Of a stretch of 53,844 nt of DNA, positions 53,788 through 53,844 are shown piece after piece. This stretch comes from an uncultured Candidatus Saccharibacteria bacterium (GTDB taxonomy: Bacteria > Patescibacteriota > Minisyncoccia > JAHIHE01 > DAOWLE01): assembly GCA_964430135.1 (NCBI GenBank), contig CAYSEG010000001.1, positions 5,959-59,802 on the forward strand. The letters run 5' to 3'. The position numbers were made by a program, and so were the translations under genes. Each line of letters begins with the position of its first letter. Position 1 is the first letter of the stretch. Under the pieces are notes generated by a model. It ran no database searches, was not told the DNA's origin, and saw only the letters and a program-made list of their open reading frames with translations.

Positions 53788-53828
53788 TGTCAACCCTTTG
53801 TACTTGACGGGTGCATAGGTAACACTTT
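53788..53828 (-). promoter_or_regulatory. conserved ~40-nt promoter-upstream module, copy 2
   Basis: tgtcaaccctttgtacttgacgggtgcataggtaacacttt, compared with 20432-20472. Confidence 0.55.
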
Positions 53829-53844
53829 GGAAAATATATCAGAA

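Overview
This is an AT-rich bacterial chromosome fragment (about one-third G+C by eye, not computed). Its gene content and oddities fit a Candidate Phyla Radiation (Patescibacteria)-type genome, and almost all genes are on the minus strand.

Genes in order:
- F-type ATP synthase genes atpB-E-F-H-A, then glutamate dehydrogenase.
- A metal / Fe-S cluster: a soluble ABC ATPase, a G3E GTPase fused to an RnfB-type Fe-S domain, a ferredoxin, a DUF59 protein and ZnuC/ZnuB-like transporter genes.
- tRNA-Ala, tRNA-Glu and tRNA-Ile.
- An archaeal-type geranylgeranyl reductase.
- An rve/DDE transposase region flanked by a 96-bp duplication of the 3' end of an MFS gene.
- An NAD-centred operon: B12-radical SAM, flavoprotein, NMNAT, NAD kinase, Nudix.
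- A 3.2-kb 16S rRNA gene carrying at least four insertions. One is a ~1.1-kb group-I-like intron that encodes a small membrane ORF. The gene is not linked to a 23S gene.
- trmD, a KH protein, rpsP, and a short SMC with no recognisable hinge.
- A complete archaeal-type TFIIB/TFB homolog, then DUF92, rnc, nusB, rpmF, rnhB, groES/groEL, a nucleotidyltransferase-domain protein, tyrS, rnhA and recJ.
- A response regulator, an orphan porB, and a ~980-aa Cys-rich surface protein flanked by two decayed four-helix-bundle (23S-IVS/Avd-like) genes.
- YraN, a decayed RAYT/IS200-like transposase, an O-antigen-ligase-like protein and two unknown genes.

The intergenic DNA is crowded with several families of palindromic, REP/MITE-like repeats. 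Some of these also sit inside the 16S gene and inside coding regions.

The strongest candidates for new biology are:
- the bacterial TFB homolog;
- the ORF-bearing 16S insertions;
- the NAD / radical-SAM operon;
- the G3E-FeS metal cluster;
- the repeat families.

No CRISPR array or recognisable defence system was seen. All calls come from reading the sequence and the ORF translations; no searches were run.
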